64,000 bases of DNA from an uncultured Acidobacteriota bacterium (GTDB taxonomy: Bacteria; Actinomycetota; Acidimicrobiia; Spongiisociales; ZC4RG35): NCBI GenBank assembly GCA_963749415.1, contig CAVVMG010000001.1, positions 1,806,765 to 1,870,764 on the forward strand, given 5' to 3'. The translations under genes and the position numbers were made by a program. The notes below the pieces were generated by a model. It ran no database searches, was not told the DNA's origin, and was given only the letters and a program-made list of their open reading frames with translations. Shown here in pieces: positions 59,058 through 64,000 of the stretch (position 1 is its first letter; every line of letters starts with the position of its first letter).

Positions 59058-60113
59058 ATGAAGATCGTCCACGTGGTGGGCACCGGGACAATCGGTGAGC
59101 CACTGATCGGCCTGCTCGCCGACAACCGCGAGCATTTCGGCATCGACGAGGTCACCTTTCACAAGCGGACGCCGCTGCTCACCGAGCGGGCGAAGGTGAA
59201 CGATCTGGTGAGCAGGGGAGCGGTGCTGACGGTCGACGACGAGGCTCGTGCGACCTTCGAAGAGCTCGGGCATGCCCCCAAGTACGAAACCCGAGAGGCC
59301 ATCGAGCGCGCCACCGTGGTCATCGACTGCACCCCGGTTGGCAACGAGATGAAAGACGAGTTCTACAGCAGCGCGACCGGCCCGATCGGGTTCATGGCGC
59401 AGGGATCGGAGTTCGGCTTCGGCAAGATGTATGCGCGTGGGATCAACGATGCCGCCTTGATCAAGGGCGAGGACAAGTTCCTCCAGATCGTCTCCTGCAA
59501 CACTCACAACATCGCAGTTCTGGTCCGCAGCCTGGCCATGGACAACGACGGAACCAACCACCTCACCGACGGGCGCTTCCTTTGTATACGGCGCGCCAAC
59601 GACATCTCTCAGGACAGCGGATTCGTCGCCAGTCCCACGGTCGAGGCCCACAAGGACCCGAGATTCGGGACCCACCACGCCCGCGATGCCCATGAGCTCT
59701 TCGGGACCCTCGACTACGACCTCAACCTCTACTCCTCTGCGCTCAAGCTCAACAGCCAGTACATGCACTCGATCCATTTCTCCCTCGCCCTCGACGAGGA
59801 GATCACCGTGGACGAGGCCAAGGATCGGCTCATGGCCAACACCCGGGTTGCGGTCACTCACAAGAAGTCGGCCAACCAGGTGTTCTCCTTCGGCCGTGAC
59901 CATGGCTATTACGGGCGAATCATGAGCCAGACCGTGGTCGCTCTCGACACTCTTGCCGTTCGCAACGGCAACGAGGTGGTGGGATTTTCCTTCACCCCTC
60001 AAGACGGGAACCCCCTTCTGTCGACGGTCGCGGCCATGCTCTGGTATCTCGATGCCGAGCAGATGGAAGGCCGTCTCGACATCTTGCGGCGTTACTTGTT
60101 CCGCGAGATCTGA
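59058..60113 (+). CDS. Type II (archaeal-type) glyceraldehyde-3-phosphate dehydrogenase-like NAD(P)-dependent dehydrogenase
   Basis: Block-wise similarity to archaeal GAPDH: MKIVHVVGTGTIG (compare MKAVAINGYGTVG), VIDCTPVG, the catalytic IVSCNTH (compare VSCNTT), IRRAND and THHARD (compare SHHGPD). Length is 351 aa. Confidence 0.6.
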   Translation: MKIVHVVGTGTIGEPLIGLLADNREHFGIDEVTFHKRTPLLTERAKVNDLVSRGAVLTVDDEARATFEELGHAPKYETREAIERATVVIDCTPVGNEMKDEFYSSATGPIGFMAQGSEFGFGKMYARGINDAALIKGEDKFLQIVSCNTHNIAVLVRSLAMDNDGTNHLTDGRFLCIRRANDISQDSGFVASPTVEAHKDPRFGTHHARDAHELFGTLDYDLNLYSSALKLNSQYMHSIHFSLALDEEITVDEAKDRLMANTRVAVTHKKSANQVFSFGRDHGYYGRIMSQTVVALDTLAVRNGNEVVGFSFTPQDGNPLLSTVAAMLWYLDAEQMEGRLDILRRYLFREI

Positions 60114-60367
60114 TGGATTCGAAGGCCCAGGCCTTCGCCGAGGAGGCGATTCGGGCGATCGCCCGCGACGACGTCGACGGCGCCCGGAGCGCTGTAGCCG
60201 CCGCCTATGACGCCGACCATGCAATTGGCGCTCTTGCCGATGCCATCTACCTGGCCTGCTCCCAGATCGAGGAGGAAGGCACTGTGAGCATCGCGACCTG
60301 GAACACCCTGGCCGATGCGGTGGCCCCCGGTCCACTGCTGGCGGTGGTCGAGGCGAACCGGACGTGA
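60113..60367 (+). CDS. Small hypothetical protein (84 aa), translationally coupled between the GAPDH-like gene and rimO
   Basis: TGATG overlap with the upstream gene and GTGA overlap with rimO. Ala/Asp-rich helical sequence. Confidence 0.45.
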   Translation: MDSKAQAFAEEAIRAIARDDVDGARSAVAAAYDADHAIGALADAIYLACSQIEEEGTVSIATWNTLADAVAPGPLLAVVEANRT

Positions 60368-61689
60368 CATCGGCTCCCACTGTCTGGCTGACCACGCTCG
60401 GCTGCGCCAAGAACCAGGTCGACTCGGAGAAGGTGTCCGCCATGCTCTTCGAGGCCGGCTACCTCCGGGCCGGCTCCCCCGAGGAGGCTGATGTCGTGAT
60501 GGTCAACACCTGTGCCTTCATCGAGGAGGCAAGGGCGGAGTCGGTGGAGGCAATTCTCGAGTTGGAGGAGCGAAAGCGCCCCGGCGCCCGCTCCGTGGTG
60601 ATCGGCTGCATGGCACAGCGATTCGGTTCCGAGGTCGAGTCGGCTTTGCCGGAGGTGGACGCGGTGCTCGGGATCGACCGCTACGGCGAGCTGGTCGGTG
60701 TCATCGACCGCCTCACAGACTGGCAGCCGGTCGAGCTCCGGCGGCGGCCGATGATGGACATCCTGCACGCGACCGGGCGGCCGGTCTCCGGGCTCCCGTA
60801 CGCCTATCTCAAAGTTGCGGAGGGCTGCGACAAGCCATGCACTTTCTGCGCCATTCCCGCCATCCGCGGCAAACAGCGATCGAGGCGCCCCACCGAGGTC
60901 CGCGAGGAGCTGGAGGGCCTCGTCGCAGGTGGGGTGAGTGAGGTCGTGCTCGTCGCCCAGGATCTTGCCGCCTATGGGCGAGACATCCATGCGCCGGGCG
61001 GGCTTCCCGATCTGCTGACCTTCCTCTCTGATCTGCAAGGCCTGGCCCGGCTCCGGCTGCTCTATCTCCATCCGCGGGAGATCCGGGAAAGGCTGCTGGA
61101 GGTGATGACCTCCGATCCGAAGGTTGCGCCATATTTCGACCTCTCCCTCCAACACGTCTCTGGCGGCCTGCTGCGAAAGATGAAGCGGCCGGGCAACACC
61201 GAGAAGCACCTGGCGCTCATCGAGCGGATCCGGGAACTCGACCCGGAATCGGCGCTCCGTTCCTCCTTCATCGTGGGATTTCCCGGAGAGACCGACGACG
61301 ACGTCGAGATGCTCGCCGATTTCCTCACGGAAGCATGTTTGGACTGGGCCGGGTTCTTCCCCTATTCGGCGGAGCCGGGGACCCCGGCCGCGACCATGGA
61401 GGACCAGGTGCCACGGGATCTGGCGATGGAGCGCCTCCGTCACCTCTCCCGGATTCAGGACGAGATGACCGAGGAGCGCAACTCCTCGTGGGTGGGTCGA
61501 ACCGACCTGGTGCTCGTCGACCAGGTGGAGGATGGCGTGCCGGTGGGCCGGTCCCATCGCCAGGCACCCGAGATCGATGGCGTGGTCCGCCTCGACCGCG
61601 GTCGCGTTGGGGACTGGGTCGAAGTGGAGTACGTCGCTGCCTACGGTCCTGACCTGGAAGCAGTGGTTGGACCGGGGGTGTCTGATTGA
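60364..61689 (+). CDS. rimO: Ribosomal protein S12 methylthiotransferase RimO
   Basis: MTTase N-terminal domain, radical SAM CxxxCxxC (CDKPCTFC) and TRAM domain. RimO-type blocks. Confidence 0.85.
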   Translation: MTSAPTVWLTTLGCAKNQVDSEKVSAMLFEAGYLRAGSPEEADVVMVNTCAFIEEARAESVEAILELEERKRPGARSVVIGCMAQRFGSEVESALPEVDAVLGIDRYGELVGVIDRLTDWQPVELRRRPMMDILHATGRPVSGLPYAYLKVAEGCDKPCTFCAIPAIRGKQRSRRPTEVREELEGLVAGGVSEVVLVAQDLAAYGRDIHAPGGLPDLLTFLSDLQGLARLRLLYLHPREIRERLLEVMTSDPKVAPYFDLSLQHVSGGLLRKMKRPGNTEKHLALIERIRELDPESALRSSFIVGFPGETDDDVEMLADFLTEACLDWAGFFPYSAEPGTPAATMEDQVPRDLAMERLRHLSRIQDEMTEERNSSWVGRTDLVLVDQVEDGVPVGRSHRQAPEIDGVVRLDRGRVGDWVEVEYVAAYGPDLEAVVGPGVSD

Positions 61690-62921
61690 TCGTCGAGGTG
61701 ATCGCGGTCGGCACCGAGCTTCTCCTCGGGCAGATCGTCAATTCCAACACCGCGACGATGGGCGCCGCCCTTGCCGAACACGGGCTCGATGCCCATTACC
61801 AGCAGACAGTCGGAGACAACATCGACCGTGTCGCAGAGGCGATCCGCACTGCGCTGGCCCGCGCGGATGCCGTGTTGATCACCGGTGGGATCGGGCCCAC
61901 CCAGGACGACCTGACCCGGGAGGCGGTGTGCGCGGCCACCGGGCTCCCGATGGAGTACAACGAGGAGTATGCCGCTCATCTCGTTGAATGGTGGGCGCGA
62001 CGGGGTCGGGAGATGCCACCCAGCAACCTTCGCCAGGCGTACCACCCCGCAGGGGCGGAGTTGCTGCCCAATCCGCGGGGGACCGCGCCCGGACTGGCGC
62101 TGGACCACGAGGGAAAGTTGATCTTCTGCGTCCCCGGGGTTCCTGCGGAGATGGAGCACCTGATGGAGGCCGAGGTCATGCCCCGGCTGGTGACGGCGGC
62201 GGGTGCCGACGAGGTGATCGTCAGCCGGGTCATCCGGACCTGGGGACGACCCGAGTCCGAAGTGGCCGAGGCTCTCGACGACCTGTACACCGGATCGACC
62301 AATCCCTCGATCGCGTTCCTTGCCTCCGCGTCCGAGATCAAAGTCAGGATCACGGCCAAGGCCGAGTCCCCGGCGGAGGCGCGCCGGCTCATCGACCCCA
62401 TCGAGGACGAGGTCCGCTCCCGACTCGGCGGAAGTGTGTTCGGGGCTGACGACGAGACGATCGAGAGGGTCCTGCTCCGATTGCTCTCCGACCTCGGTCA
62501 CACCATCGGGACTGCCGAGTCGATGACCGGAGGCCTGGTCGCCGCCCGCCTCACCGACCTGCCCGGCTCCTCTTCGGTAGTGCGGGGAGGACTGGTTGCC
62601 TACCACCCTGAGCTGAAGCAACGCCTGCTTGGCGTCGGGGCTGTCGACGAGGTGGTCAACATCGACACCGCGGTTGCCATGGCGGAAGGAGCCCGGGGAC
62701 TGTTGGGTGTCGACGTCGCGGTGGCGGTGACCGGGTCGGCTGGCCCCGAAGCTCTGGAGAAGCCGGTGGGAACCGTCGTGATCGCGGTGGCCACGCCCAC
62801 TCAGGCCCGGGGACGTGAGCTCAGATTCACCGGCGATCGAGAGAGGGTGCGGGCATATGGGACCACCGCCGCTCTGCATCTGACACGTCTTGCCCTGGTC
62901 AACCAGTGGTGGACGGACTAG
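61686..62921 (+). CDS. cinA: CinA family competence/damage-inducible protein (NMN amidohydrolase PncC domain)
   Basis: N-terminal MoCF-biosynthesis-like domain (AVGTELLLGQIVNSN) and C-terminal CinA/PncC domain (TAESMTGG). Confidence 0.85.
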   Translation: MIVEVIAVGTELLLGQIVNSNTATMGAALAEHGLDAHYQQTVGDNIDRVAEAIRTALARADAVLITGGIGPTQDDLTREAVCAATGLPMEYNEEYAAHLVEWWARRGREMPPSNLRQAYHPAGAELLPNPRGTAPGLALDHEGKLIFCVPGVPAEMEHLMEAEVMPRLVTAAGADEVIVSRVIRTWGRPESEVAEALDDLYTGSTNPSIAFLASASEIKVRITAKAESPAEARRLIDPIEDEVRSRLGGSVFGADDETIERVLLRLLSDLGHTIGTAESMTGGLVAARLTDLPGSSSVVRGGLVAYHPELKQRLLGVGAVDEVVNIDTAVAMAEGARGLLGVDVAVAVTGSAGPEALEKPVGTVVIAVATPTQARGRELRFTGDRERVRAYGTTAALHLTRLALVNQWWTD

Positions 62922-63457
62922 CCCGGGTCTTCGCCGCAGTCCCGCTCAGCATGGAGGCGAGGCTGGCCCTGGCAGACCGGCTCGCTGATCATGAGATCCC
63001 GGGACGATCGGTTCCCCCGGAGAACTGGCATCTGACGTTGCGCTTCCTGGGATCGGTCGACGAGGTGACCTACGAGCGGTTCATCGCAGGGCTCGACTCC
63101 GCTGACTTCGACCGTGTCTTCGAGATCCGGCTTTCGGCCCTTGGTGCCTTTCCCAACCCCCGCCGTGCCACCGTGCTCTGGGCGGGGCTGGACCGGGGAG
63201 TCGAGGAGTTGGCCTACCTCGCCGCCGTTGCCGAGGATGCCGCCCAGGGCTCGGGGCTGGAGCCCGAGGACCGCCCTTTTCGGGCGCATCTCACCCTGAG
63301 TCGGATTCGCCCCCAGACCGACGTCGTCGAGCTGTTGGCGACGGTGGGCGAGCTCGGCATCTCATGGCGATGCGAGACGATGATGGTCTATCGCTCCCAC
63401 CTGGGAAGAGGCGGTGCTCGCTACGAGGCCCTTGAAACTTTCGAACTCGCCCGGTAA
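62906..63457 (+). CDS. thpR: RNA 2-prime,3-prime-cyclic phosphodiesterase (2H family, LigT/ThpR)
   Basis: Two HxTx motifs (HLTLRFLG and HLTLSR) in a protein of about 180 aa. Confidence 0.8.
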   Translation: MVDGLARVFAAVPLSMEARLALADRLADHEIPGRSVPPENWHLTLRFLGSVDEVTYERFIAGLDSADFDRVFEIRLSALGAFPNPRRATVLWAGLDRGVEELAYLAAVAEDAAQGSGLEPEDRPFRAHLTLSRIRPQTDVVELLATVGELGISWRCETMMVYRSHLGRGGARYEALETFELAR

Positions 63458-63466
63458 TACCATCCA

Positions 63467-63480
63467 CGAACACATGTTCG
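63467..63480. promoter_or_regulatory. LexA SOS box CGAAC-ACAT-GTTCG upstream of recA
   Basis: Palindrome cgaacacatgttcg about 85 bp upstream of the recA start. Matches the Cheo-box consensus CGAACRNRYGTTCG. Confidence 0.8.
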
Positions 63481-63564
63481 GTCTAATATCTGACGACTCA
63501 GGACAGTTCCTGTCCCAACCGGTGGATACGTTCGACCGTCATGAGACCGGAAGAAGGAGCCGAA

Positions 63565-64000
63565 GTGGAACGTGACAAAGCCCTGGACATGGCACTCAGC
63601 CAGATCGAGCGTCAATTCGGCAAGGGCGCCATCATGAAGATGGGTGAGGCTGCCAACCGGAAGGTGGATGTGATCTCCACCGGGGCCCTCTCCCTCGACC
63701 TTGCCCTGGGCATCGGCGGAGTGCCGCGGGGCCGGATCGTCGAGCTCTATGGCCCGGAGAGCTCGGGCAAGACCAGTCTCGCCCTTCACATCGTCGCCGA
63801 GGCGCAGCGCAACGGAGGGATCGCCGCTTTCATCGATGCCGAGCACGCCCTCGACCCGGTCTATGCCAAGGCGATCGGAGTCGATGTCGACGAGCTACTC
63901 ATCTCCCAGCCCGACACCGGTGAGCAGGCCCTGGAGATCGCCGACATGCTGATCCGCTCCGGGGCACTCGACGTCCTGGTGATCGACTCGGTGGCCGCCC
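63565..64000 (+). CDS. recA: Recombinase RecA (N-terminal 145 aa; the gene continues beyond the window)
   Basis: GTG start with an AGGAG RBS. Translation ...[19 protein letters not shown]...[13 protein letters not shown]...IDAEHALDP is canonical RecA, including Walker A. The ORF is open to the window end. Confidence 0.9.
   Translation, partial: MERDKALDMALSQIERQFGKGAIMKMGEAANRKVDVISTGALSLDLALGIGGVPRGRIVELYGPESSGKTSLALHIVAEAQRNGGIAAFIDAEHALDPVYAKAIGVDVDELLISQPDTGEQALEIADMLIRSGALDVLVIDSVAA

Overview
The window is a high-GC (about 68-72%) actinobacterial-type chromosomal segment. It is densely coding on both strands and carries many long GC-skewed antisense shadow ORFs, which I have not called. 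I found no rRNA, tRNA, CRISPR array or classical transposase.

Content is mostly housekeeping:
- An SOS-regulated error-prone polymerase gene, dnaE2, preceded by a perfect LexA box.
- The conserved actinobacterial block dapA-rnj-ftsK ... 2-oxoacid dehydrogenase E1alpha/E1beta/E2 ... rimO-cinA-thpR-recA, with a second LexA box upstream of recA.
- A glyoxylate-shunt cluster: a RamB-like regulator, malate synthase A and isocitrate lyase.
- F420-related genes: separate cofG and cofH, several luciferase-like (LLM) oxidoreductases and a flavin reductase.
- A Fur/Zur-controlled ABC-3 metal transporter locus with a near-perfect Fur box.
- glpD, an HD-GYP protein and a type II LOG protein.

Small accessory islets:
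- A DUF222/HNH (REP13E12-like) gene flanked by a diverged duplicate of the neighbouring glyoxalase gene's 3-prime end, next to a DUF3800 gene, directly downstream of dnaE2.
- A minus-strand VWA -> divergent AAA_5 ATPase -> LOG triad (CobT/CobS-like, but in reversed order, with a degenerate Walker A and an HExxH motif).
- A Phd/YefM-VapC toxin-antitoxin pair.
- An archaeal-type (type II) GAPDH-like gene.
- Two unusual fusions: type II dehydroquinase with an alpha/beta hydrolase, and a P-loop kinase with an LLM oxidoreductase.
- Three apparent single-base frameshifts, in lhr, the ABC-3 permease and the last codons of icl.

I did not identify a single, clearly novel multi-gene system. The loci above are the best candidates for follow-up.
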